Part shown: positions 18,133-26,818 of the stretch, one piece after another
How positions within the stretch are numbered: position 1 is the stretch's first letter
Layout of the letters: every line of letters starts with the position of its first letter
IMG/VR virus record: IMGVR_UViG_3300025066_000080
Span: 1 to 35,090 of that record
DNA length: 35,090 bases
Origin: a virus
Lineage: Duplodnaviria; Caudoviricetes
Reading direction: 5' to 3' (one strand)
Translations under genes and position numbers: made by a program
Notes under the pieces: generated by a model
What the model was told of the DNA's origin: nothing
The model's database searches: none
The model's input: the letters and a program-made list of their open reading frames with translations, nothing else

Positions 18133-20094
18133 ATGAGCATATTTTCAAAAGTAAAAGACTTCTTCTCTGGGACAACCCGATATAATCGTAATGATTCATC
18201 AGGTTCTAGTGGACCAATTAATTTAGATTCGTTCTCTCTTAGGAAGAGTGCACAAAACTCAGGATCTACACTTCCACAGCTTAATCTTAATCCCGTTGCT
18301 AATTCAACACCCGCTATTGCCTCTGGTGCGACAAGTTTTAGAGGAAACAATAGACAACAGCAAGTTGATACACCCGTATTCGGAGATGTCCCACAATCAA
18401 GTATCCCCTCTTTCGCTACACCTGCACCAGCTATATCAGAAAAACCAGTGACTGTTGACAACAAGATTAGTTCCAACAATCTACGAGGAGACAATACTTT
18501 TGTAGATAGCTCGGTATTTGGTACAAGTAGTAGTTCTAGTGAAGATTTGGGTGCTGTTGCTGACAGATTTGGTACAGGAATACCACAACAAGGAACAGGA
18601 GATAAAGAATTAAAAGATTTTCTTGGTCTTTCTGATAAATTAGCAGAAGAAGGTGATAGAACTCTTGGATTACAAGACGAACTAGGGTTTAGTGAGGCTA
18701 ATCAAGCTATCGCAGACTTAAATGCACAATATGCTTCAACTAAAAGGAATTATGAGAAAAGATTGGAGGATATTAGGAGTAATCCACAATTAAAGTCTAA
18801 GGCTGGTATTAATTTTGAATTAAATGAAGTAACCAGAAAAGCTAACTCACATCTAGCAGACATTGCTATTCAACAGCAGGCTGCACAAGGAAACCTAACA
18901 GCCATTAACGATACTATTACAGCTAAGATAGATGCAGAATTTGAGCCTATCAGGAGTCGAATTGATAACCTGAAGGATTACTTTACTCTGAGGAACGCTG
19001 ATCTAACAGATAGCGAAAAATTAACATTGCAAAGTGAAATTAGAAGGCAGGAATCAGATTATGAGAGCCAAAGAGACCAAGCCAAAAATATAGAACAAGC
19101 TGGTGTATGGCAAGAACTTATAAATAATGGACAATATGAGATGAAAGATGTTCCACAAGATGTCGTTCCTTATCTAACTCCTAAATTGCAGGCTGAGTGG
19201 ACAGATGAGATGATTGCACCTATTACAGATAAGTTAAGTAATGTGAATAGCCTATTGGATACAGTTGGAAGTTCTAATGCTGTTGGTCCAAACCCACTAG
19301 CAAGAATCAATCTCTTTGACCCACTAACTGCTTCAAAGTCTAACTTTATTGCTGGAGTTCAAAGATTAACTTCACAAGAAACTCTTAATACTCTTATTGA
19401 ACTAAAAAGGGCTGGTGGAACACTTGGTGCTTTGTCAGAAGGTGAGAAAGCCATGCTTGAATCTGCTGCCTCAAATATCGGTACTTGGGCACAGAAAGAC
19501 AAGAACGGGAATATTGTGGGATATAAAACAACAGAGAAAGCCTTTACAGAAGAACTACAAAGACTACAAGACATCTCGCAAAAGGCTTTGTTGCGAGCTG
19601 ATATCGTCCCTATGTCCCAGAAAACAAATATCCTAACAGACATGCTCTTTAGGGATAACCCGACTTGGAGTGATGAAGATATTTCCGAGGCTGTTGAAAG
19701 AACTTTACCTAGATACTTAACAGATTTTAACTCGGTTGGAAACACCTCAGCTTCCAAAATTTCCAAAGCGATAAAACAAGTTGAGAGTAGCGGAAATTAT
19801 AATGCAAAAGGATCTAGTGGAGAGTTCGGAGCTTATCAGTTTATGCCAAATACATGGAAGATGTGGGCAGGAGAGTTTCTTGGAAACCCAGAGGCACAAC
19901 CAACTAAATCTAATCAGGACTTTGTTGCAGAATCTAAAATCTCACAACTAATTGATCAAGGGTATGGTCCAGAACAAATCGCACTAATCTGGAATGGTGG
20001 AACTCCTACTAGGAAGAAGGGAGTAAATCAATTCGGGGTACGCTATGACTCAGGGGCTTATGCAGACAAGGTTATCAAACAATTAAACGTATAA
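18133..20094 (+). CDS. Putative DNA ejection (internal virion) protein with C-terminal lytic transglycosylase domain
   Basis: IKQVESSGNY, GAYQFMP.TW and WNGG motifs of the lysozyme-like SLT fold; disordered and helical N-terminal part. Confidence 0.75.
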   Translation: MSIFSKVKDFFSGTTRYNRNDSSGSSGPINLDSFSLRKSAQNSGSTLPQLNLNPVANSTPAIASGATSFRGNNRQQQVDTPVFGDVPQSSIPSFATPAPAISEKPVTVDNKISSNNLRGDNTFVDSSVFGTSSSSSEDLGAVADRFGTGIPQQGTGDKELKDFLGLSDKLAEEGDRTLGLQDELGFSEANQAIADLNAQYASTKRNYEKRLEDIRSNPQLKSKAGINFELNEVTRKANSHLADIAIQQQAAQGNLTAINDTITAKIDAEFEPIRSRIDNLKDYFTLRNADLTDSEKLTLQSEIRRQESDYESQRDQAKNIEQAGVWQELINNGQYEMKDVPQDVVPYLTPKLQAEWTDEMIAPITDKLSNVNSLLDTVGSSNAVGPNPLARINLFDPLTASKSNFIAGVQRLTSQETLNTLIELKRAGGTLGALSEGEKAMLESAASNIGTWAQKDKNGNIVGYKTTEKAFTEELQRLQDISQKALLRADIVPMSQKTNILTDMLFRDNPTWSDEDISEAVERTLPRYLTDFNSVGNTSASKISKAIKQVESSGNYNAKGSSGEFGAYQFMPNTWKMWAGEFLGNPEAQPTKSNQDFVAESKISQLIDQGYGPEQIALIWNGGTPTRKKGVNQFGVRYDSGAYADKVIKQLNV

Positions 20095-20098
20095 AAAT

Positions 20099-21865
20099 AT
20101 GGCATTAACACAAGAACAGATAAAAAGGCTAGAAGAACAACACGGTACAGGGTTGTCTAGTGATTCCTTTGCCGTAAAGGAGCTTGTGAAATCTCGTTTG
20201 GAAGTTAATAGAGCCAATAAAGAAACTGGTTTTTTTGCAGATATTAAAGGGATTGGTACTGGTATTAAGGAAGATTTTGCTCGTAGACAAGCAAAGGTGG
20301 ATGATATCCAAGAATCAGACCAAGAATCAGGATCAAAACTATTCCAATCACTTGGTCAAAGTGCTGGGCTTGTGTCAGATGTTATTGGTCAAACTTTATT
20401 AGGAGGTGCGAAAGCTCTAACACCACAACCACTTCAAGAAGCAATAGGTTCTGGTGTAGAGGGTGTTGTTGGTAGTGCTTTAGAAACAGAAACAGCACAA
20501 AATATTGTAGCTGGCTATAATAAGTTAAAAGAAGAAAACCCTGATTTTGTTAGAAATCTAGAAGCGACAGCAGGATTTGGGTCACTGGCACTTGATGCTG
20601 TGGGTGTAGGTTTGGCAAGTAAAGGAGGAAAAGCCACTGTCAGAGCTGGTAGAGAAGCTCTAGATACAGGACTGGACGCAACAAGAAGAACTGTTCAGAG
20701 AGGAAAAGATATTGCTGAACCTGTAACTGGTTTGGTTAAGAAAAAGGGTGGAGAATTATTCGATCGTGCTAGAACTAATATTGATGAGGTTAAGAGAGTT
20801 TCAGATATTAAGAAAACACTAACTCCTAAACTAGAGAGAGCTGTAACAGAAGGAATGGATATTACAGAGGCACAATTTATCAAGAGTATTCCTGCACAAC
20901 AAAAAGCTCTATCTAAAAACCTATGGGAGACAACAAAGAGATACCTTGATGATGTTACAAGGAAGGCAACAGACCCTATCGCTGAGATTGGAAGACCTAT
21001 CTTTAATAAAGTAAAGAGATTAGATACTGAGGTTAAGGGCTTAAATAAGCAATTGACTACAGTAGCTACAGGATTAAGAGGAAAGTCAGTGATCGGAATG
21101 GACGATATTAAAACCTCTATCAGAGGAAGTCTTGATGAGCTTGATGTCAGGGTTATTGACCCAATTAAAGGAACGGGGCTTGATGACACTTTGGATTTCA
21201 CAGGTTCACAACTTGAAAAACTTGGTAATAATGACCTTATTAAAACTGCGTACAAGAAGATCGTAAATGCAAAAGACGCTAATGACCTTCATAAGGCAAA
21301 ACAATTTATATATAAAACAACTGATTACACCAAGAAAACCTCTACAGGTGGAAGTTTATCTAGTGATGGAGAACGGCTATTGCAGAGTTGGGCTAGAAAG
21401 GTCGATGCACAGTTAGATAATCAGTTTAAGGCATATCGAGGTATTAACGATAAATTATCTCTAAAGATTAGTCCTCTAAATGAAATGCAGAAGAGATTAA
21501 GAGCTAATGGGTTTGATGAGGACTTGGTGCAGATGAAAGCGGGATTGTTAGCTCGAAGATTAACAAGTAATGCACAATCAGGTCCAGAAATTCGTCAGAT
21601 ATTAAGAGATCTTGATAAGGCAACTGAGGTCGCAGGAAAAGTAACTGTGAGTACAGAGACCTTACAAGACTTATATAATATATTAGTAGGTCATTTCCCA
21701 GAGTTAACAGGAAAGACATCGTTAAGGGGTGCTGTAACTGGTGGAATTGAAGATGTTGTGGGAGTCAAAGGTCTTGTAGAAAAATCCCTAAAGGCTGTGA
21801 GTGGTAAAACACCAGAAGTCCAGCAAAAAGCTATCAGAGAAGCGTTTGATGAACTATTTAATTAA
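20099..21865 (+). CDS. Putative DNA ejection protein
   Basis: 588 aa, Gly/Ala-rich helical N-half and basic C-half; follows the SLT protein. Confidence 0.55.
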   Translation: MALTQEQIKRLEEQHGTGLSSDSFAVKELVKSRLEVNRANKETGFFADIKGIGTGIKEDFARRQAKVDDIQESDQESGSKLFQSLGQSAGLVSDVIGQTLLGGAKALTPQPLQEAIGSGVEGVVGSALETETAQNIVAGYNKLKEENPDFVRNLEATAGFGSLALDAVGVGLASKGGKATVRAGREALDTGLDATRRTVQRGKDIAEPVTGLVKKKGGELFDRARTNIDEVKRVSDIKKTLTPKLERAVTEGMDITEAQFIKSIPAQQKALSKNLWETTKRYLDDVTRKATDPIAEIGRPIFNKVKRLDTEVKGLNKQLTTVATGLRGKSVIGMDDIKTSIRGSLDELDVRVIDPIKGTGLDDTLDFTGSQLEKLGNNDLIKTAYKKIVNAKDANDLHKAKQFIYKTTDYTKKTSTGGSLSSDGERLLQSWARKVDAQLDNQFKAYRGINDKLSLKISPLNEMQKRLRANGFDEDLVQMKAGLLARRLTSNAQSGPEIRQILRDLDKATEVAGKVTVSTETLQDLYNILVGHFPELTGKTSLRGAVTGGIEDVVGVKGLVEKSLKAVSGKTPEVQQKAIREAFDELFN

Positions 21866-21873
21866 TCAAATAT

Positions 21874-24498
21874 ATGCCAAATCTAACACAAAAACAACAA
21901 GAGAGATTACTAAAGATTAAGAATGCCTTAAATAAGGGTAATCTTGGTCTTGTTTCTCTATTCATTGAGTTAGAAGACAGGTTAGATAAAGAAATTCCTG
22001 ACATAGCGGAACTTATCTCTAAGATGAAAGGAGATAAAGGAGATACTTATGAGCTAACAAAAGAAGATAGGAAGCAGATTGCAAAAGAAGCAACTAATCT
22101 AATTCAAGTTGAAGAAGTGGGTAAAGCTGTTCTGAAATTCTTGGATAAGAAGGAGGTTGCAAAACTAGCTACAAAACTAATAAAAGTTCCTAAAAATGGA
22201 AAGACTCCGACAGATAAAGATTTAATTAAGTTGATTAAGCCACTTATTCCAGAACAAGAGCCTTTTGTTGTTGATGAGATGGGAATAGCAAAGAAAGCTG
22301 TCGATTTATTTAGAGATTCAATCGAAATTCCAGAACCAGACATGGCAGAGGATATTAGGAATAAACTAGAGTTATTAGAAGGAGATGAAAGAATATCTTT
22401 TGGTGCGATTAGAGAATCTGAAGAAATACTGAGTGACATCAAAGAATTGAAAGAAAGACAGCCACAAGTGATAGAAACAGTATCAGGAGGTGGTGGAAGT
22501 TCTCTACATGTTACAGAAGAAGGTGTTTCTCGTAGACAAAGTGTTACTAAGATGGACTTTGGATCAGGTTTTGGAGTGACATCAACAGCTAATGGTGTAT
22601 TAGTGACACTGGATGGTTCAGAACCAACAAACTACACATTGCAGGCTGTTACGGACAATGGTAATACAACTGATAACTCAATAGAAGCATTATCCTTTAT
22701 TAAGACAGGTGGTGTTTCGACAGATTTCCTAAAAGCAGATGGTTCAGTTGATACAAATACATACCTGGCAGTGGAAACTGACCCAATCTTTATAGCCTCA
22801 CAAGCATTTAATATAGATGCAACAGATATAACAAATCTCGGTAATTTATCTGGTGTGAATACGGGTGATCAGACTCTTGCAAGTTTTGGTACAGACAATC
22901 AAATTCCATACACAAATGCTGGAGGGACGGATTTTGATTATTCTGATGATTTGATATTTGATGGAGATTTGAAGGTAACAGGAGGAGTTAGGATTATTGG
23001 CGATGAACTAACACTAGACAATCATCAGGCTATTAGAATGAGAGATAATATCGGAGGAGTAAGAGATGTCATGATTCTTAATAGTGGAAACCAACTAAGA
23101 ATCGCCAGTTCTGGAGGGTTTATAGATTCTGTTTTGGTAAACGGGGTTAAGTTTACTATTGATGGTGGAGCACCTGACTTAGCATTATTGGCTGACCACC
23201 CTACTGGTGACACAGACTTAGCTATCTCGACTACTAAATATGTAGATGATGGAATGGATAAGGCTAATGATAATATAATGCTTAACTCATTCAGAATCGC
23301 TATTAATGGTTCGTTATCACAATTTCAGATGGTTGATGGAGTTGTTGATGAGTATGAAGACGAAACAGGTGTTGATACAGCCGACTCATCAAACGAGTTA
23401 TATAATCCAACAACAGATTACTACTCACCTAGCGGTGCAGACTTGGGTGATGGATTGATTTTACACTACAAGATGAATGATGATGACAACACTACAACAG
23501 TGGTTGATTCTGAAGGAACAAGTAACGGTACTTTGTACGGAGGGGACAATACTGAAGACATAACTCAGACTGGTAAGATAAATTCAGCTTTACTTGAGAA
23601 CGGAACTGATGACTATATTGATTCTAATTATGATATTGAGACACTTGCTAACACAGGACAATTCAGTGTTTCACTGTGGATGGATATGACTGATGGACGA
23701 CCTCCTAGTGGGGACAACAGTGGATTCTTTGGTGTTCAAAATGGTTCTAATGAGAGACTATATGCCAGAGTTACACATGGGGGAGAATCAACCCAGGGCG
23801 GTATTGAAATGAGAGTGAAAGCGAATGGAGCTCAAAGTGCACCAACAACAACAGGCAATTTCTTCTCTGATGGACAAACAGGGTGGCATCATTTGGTGTT
23901 TGTGTTTGATTACGCAGGAAATAGTCTTAGACTCTATCATAATGGGGTGGAAGTTACTTCTGGAGGTTTTGCTTCAGCAACATGGGGAAGTGTAGACCCC
24001 GCAAACTGGAACTTTAGTGGAAAAACCATGCTTGTTGGTGGAATTAACTTAAATGGATCTCCTAACTATTGGTTCGATGGAGCACTAGATGATTTCAGAT
24101 TGTATGATAAAGTTCTAAGCACAGACGAGATTGCTTCTATTTATAATTCAGGTTCAGGAACAGAATCGGCTTCAGGTTCTCCTTCCGACATGACATTAAT
24201 ATCTGAAGATACTGAGGCTGAGACTACACCAACAAGTGCAAGGGTAGTAATCTTGGAAGAAGACGTAGATGCAGTCACTGTTAATACTGATATGAAGGCT
24301 TATGTTTCTCGAGATGACGGAACAACCTATAGTCAAATAACCCTTTCAGATGAGGGGGACTTTGATGCAACTAAGAGGATTCTTGTTGGAGATGTCGATG
24401 TTTCAGGACAACCATCAGATAAAACCATGAGATACAAGATAACCACTCATAATGGTAAGGATTTGAAAGTTCATGGTACGAGTCTATTATGGGATTAA
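21874..24498 (+). CDS. Tail fibre / receptor-binding protein with LamG domain
   Basis: TLQAVTDNGNTT, FLKADGS, ETDP fibre motifs; LILHYKM...FSVSLW...WHHLVFV...G.LDDFRLY.K.LS..EI. Confidence 0.75.
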   Translation: MPNLTQKQQERLLKIKNALNKGNLGLVSLFIELEDRLDKEIPDIAELISKMKGDKGDTYELTKEDRKQIAKEATNLIQVEEVGKAVLKFLDKKEVAKLATKLIKVPKNGKTPTDKDLIKLIKPLIPEQEPFVVDEMGIAKKAVDLFRDSIEIPEPDMAEDIRNKLELLEGDERISFGAIRESEEILSDIKELKERQPQVIETVSGGGGSSLHVTEEGVSRRQSVTKMDFGSGFGVTSTANGVLVTLDGSEPTNYTLQAVTDNGNTTDNSIEALSFIKTGGVSTDFLKADGSVDTNTYLAVETDPIFIASQAFNIDATDITNLGNLSGVNTGDQTLASFGTDNQIPYTNAGGTDFDYSDDLIFDGDLKVTGGVRIIGDELTLDNHQAIRMRDNIGGVRDVMILNSGNQLRIASSGGFIDSVLVNGVKFTIDGGAPDLALLADHPTGDTDLAISTTKYVDDGMDKANDNIMLNSFRIAINGSLSQFQMVDGVVDEYEDETGVDTADSSNELYNPTTDYYSPSGADLGDGLILHYKMNDDDNTTTVVDSEGTSNGTLYGGDNTEDITQTGKINSALLENGTDDYIDSNYDIETLANTGQFSVSLWMDMTDGRPPSGDNSGFFGVQNGSNERLYARVTHGGESTQGGIEMRVKANGAQSAPTTTGNFFSDGQTGWHHLVFVFDYAGNSLRLYHNGVEVTSGGFASATWGSVDPANWNFSGKTMLVGGINLNGSPNYWFDGALDDFRLYDKVLSTDEIASIYNSGSGTESASGSPSDMTLISEDTEAETTPTSARVVILEEDVDAVTVNTDMKAYVSRDDGTTYSQITLSDEGDFDATKRILVGDVDVSGQPSDKTMRYKITTHNGKDLKVHGTSLLWD

Positions 24499-24508
24499 TT
24501 AAGATAAT

Positions 24509-24775
24509 ATGTTAAAACGAATCAAAACAAAACAAAGTAATTCATTCAACATCACTAAGTACCAAGAAGGTATAGATGAGAATATGCCCGTAGATAGACT
24601 GGTGGCACTTATGCCCTTCCATTCTGCGACTACAGAATACATTAAGGCAAAGAACTGGGCGAAGTTAAATACTATCTTTCAGGTTCTTATTGGAGCTGGG
24701 CAGATGTTGCAGTCAGACTACGACATTGTCAATAATGTTCTAAAAGAACAAAACGTAGACTTAACAACAATATAA
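24509..24775 (+). CDS. Hypothetical protein
   Basis: 88-aa ORF following the fibre gene. Confidence 0.6.
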   Translation: MLKRIKTKQSNSFNITKYQEGIDENMPVDRLVALMPFHSATTEYIKAKNWAKLNTIFQVLIGAGQMLQSDYDIVNNVLKEQNVDLTTI

Positions 24776-24777
24776 AT

Positions 24778-25113
24778 ATGGACACAATTAAAATAAACAA
24801 AGGAGCATTTACTCAGGAACAAATCTTAGCGAGAGCGATAGAGCTTGGTTATCAGGTGAAGAAGATTAATCGTGTGGAAGTGGATGTTATAGACGAAGAA
24901 ACAGGAGAAGTTACAGGAACTCGCATTGAACGGACAGAAGAGCCTAATACAGAGAGTCCAGAAGTAACAATCGCAAACGCAGTTCTAGAAGCTGTTGATA
25001 AAGTTCTGTTTTCTGGAGCAGATAAAGAGGCTAAAGAAGCAGATGAGGAAGAAATGCTACAGAGAGAAAAAACACGAAAAGAAGAAAGAGAGGGAATTAT
25101 AACTATTGAATAA
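24778..25113 (+). CDS. Hypothetical acidic protein
   Basis: 111-aa ORF, tightly packed. Confidence 0.65.
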   Translation: MDTIKINKGAFTQEQILARAIELGYQVKKINRVEVDVIDEETGEVTGTRIERTEEPNTESPEVTIANAVLEAVDKVLFSGADKEAKEADEEEMLQREKTRKEEREGIITIE

Positions 25114-25418
25114 TGACAGACGAGTTCCAGAGAGAATTAGTGGAGAGATTAGGAAGACTTGATGAGAACATGAAGGGTTTTCATAGACGACAAGATATTG
25201 CAAATGGTCGACAAACGAAGGTGGAAGATAGGGTGGGAAATATAGAAAAAGAGAATGTGTCACAGGACAGCGAATTGCACGAGATCAAGAAGATGCTCGA
25301 AAAACAGGTTAAGGACAAGGAGAAATGGGGAGGTCGGGTTTGGGCGATTGCTTCACCATTCATTATGGGTATACTAATAGCATTATGGCTGACAATAAAA
25401 GACAACATACAGTTTTAG
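25113..25418 (+). CDS. Putative holin-like protein (coiled coil + single C-terminal TM helix)
   Basis: NG...KVE coiled coil followed by VWAIASPFIMGILIALWLTI. Confidence 0.5.
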   Translation: MTDEFQRELVERLGRLDENMKGFHRRQDIANGRQTKVEDRVGNIEKENVSQDSELHEIKKMLEKQVKDKEKWGGRVWAIASPFIMGILIALWLTIKDNIQF

Positions 25419-25427
25419 ATAACTAAG

Positions 25428-25808
25428 ATGAACGCAACGAATAAAACAAAACAGGTGTTGATAGCCGAGGACGAGAGAATGCTTGCTTCTGCTATAAAAA
25501 CAACCCTCATGAAAGAGGGTGTGGATTGTGATACATCTTTTGATGGTAAGGAAGCTCTGAGAAAAACTGACAAAAAAGAATACGACTTGATTCTCTTAGA
25601 TATGAAAATGCCTATATGTGATGGTTTTTGTTTCATTAACGCCTATAAGAAAGATACACCTATCATAATCATCACGAACAACGACATCTATTCTCTGAAG
25701 GAGGAAGTTGCTCGAAAAAAGATTAATGTAGAAAACGTTATAGACTTTATACAGAAGTCAGACATCCACATTCACGAGTTAGCTCATTATGTAAAATCAA
25801 TTCTATGA
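25428..25808 (+). CDS. Single-domain response regulator (CheY-like receiver)
   Basis: VLIAEDE, DG.EAL, DLILLDMKMP..DG (phospho-acceptor Asp), PIIIIT, FIQK; all catalytic positions present. Confidence 0.9.
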   Translation: MNATNKTKQVLIAEDERMLASAIKTTLMKEGVDCDTSFDGKEALRKTDKKEYDLILLDMKMPICDGFCFINAYKKDTPIIIITNNDIYSLKEEVARKKINVENVIDFIQKSDIHIHELAHYVKSIL

Positions 25809-26206
25809 AAATAAAGACAAACAATTTCGAGGAGATACATTTAACATATACCTTCAAAGCAAGGAAGGTGTGGAAACTTAACAAGAACATTAAATTAAAG
25901 TTATCGAATGGAGATACTGCGATCTTGCCTAAGGGGTTCAGAACAGACTTTGCTAGTGTACCAAAATTCCTCTGGGGTTTATTACCTCCTTACGGGACAG
26001 ACATTATGGCTTTTCTTATCCATGACTATCTATATGATTTCGGATATTATATTGATCTCTGGGGAGAAGAAAAACAAGTAGATAAGAAGTTTGCGGACAA
26101 TGAGATGAAATGGCAACAGCGTAAAGTTGGAATCAGGAGTGGTAGACTCTATCCAATGTTTTGGGCTGTTAGATTATTTGGTAGATATAGAAATCTGTGG
26201 AGATAA
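25805..26206 (+). CDS. DUF1353-family protein
   Basis: PKGFRTDFASVP..LW, A.LIHDYLY, AD, AVRLFG. Confidence 0.85.
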   Translation: MKIKTNNFEEIHLTYTFKARKVWKLNKNIKLKLSNGDTAILPKGFRTDFASVPKFLWGLLPPYGTDIMAFLIHDYLYDFGYYIDLWGEEKQVDKKFADNEMKWQQRKVGIRSGRLYPMFWAVRLFGRYRNLWR

Positions 26207-26263
26207 TTGTCGATAATAGATTTGTTGTGTATAATAATAATGTTATTAAATAAATAAACAAAT

Positions 26264-26569
26264 ATGCAATTAAATACAGCAGAAGCAATCAAGGACTTAT
26301 CAGGGAAAAAGATTCTAAAAGGAAAAACAGAGGAAGCTTTCACAATCGGTAGTGCTTTGTCTAATATCTTATTGGACGCAAAAGAGGGCGGAAAGATGAA
26401 GTTATTTATATTAGCTCAGAAGTGTTTTGAAGAAAAAAAGGTAGAGTTAGATGGTGCTGATATCTCTATTATCAAGCAAGCTGTCGAAAAGACAGATCAG
26501 TACAATGCTCTAGTGTCGGGTCAAATACTTCAGATATTGGAGAATTTGAAAGAAACAGACAAAAAGTAA
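26264..26569 (+). CDS. Hypothetical protein
   Basis: 101 aa; own -10 box at 26230-26235 and A-rich leader. Confidence 0.7.
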   Translation: MQLNTAEAIKDLSGKKILKGKTEEAFTIGSALSNILLDAKEGGKMKLFILAQKCFEEKKVELDGADISIIKQAVEKTDQYNALVSGQILQILENLKETDKK

Positions 26570-26627
26570 ATACCTAAGCAGTCCGTAATGACTTTAAACT
26601 ATTTTTTATCTAATAAGTACTACAATT

Positions 26628-26720
26628 ATGTCAGACGAAACAACACCAGAAGAGGTAGAAGAAGAAGTTACAGAAGAAGAAGCTCCTGAAGTAGAAGAAA
26701 CAGAAGCGGACTCAGAGTAA
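26628..26720 (+). CDS. Highly acidic 30-aa peptide (not in the ORF track)
   Basis: MSDETTPEEVEEEVTEEEAPEVEETEADSE*; acaattATG context like other genes; gaa-rich codons. Confidence 0.6.
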   Translation: MSDETTPEEVEEEVTEEEAPEVEETEADSE

Positions 26721-26818
26721 TTGATAATAGGACATTATGTCCTGTTCTCATTAAACTAATCCCCACAGTTTAATGAGAATATGACAGAATCGACATTGAT
26801 AATAATTTATAAAAAGAT

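Noticed and set aside
18133-21865. Tape measure protein / long tail
   Set aside because: No tail tube, chaperone frameshift or baseplate genes recognised; size and position fit podovirus ejection proteins.
21874-24498. Diversity-generating retroelement or invertible fibre cassette
   Set aside because: No reverse transcriptase or invertase gene, and no template/variable repeat pair noticed.
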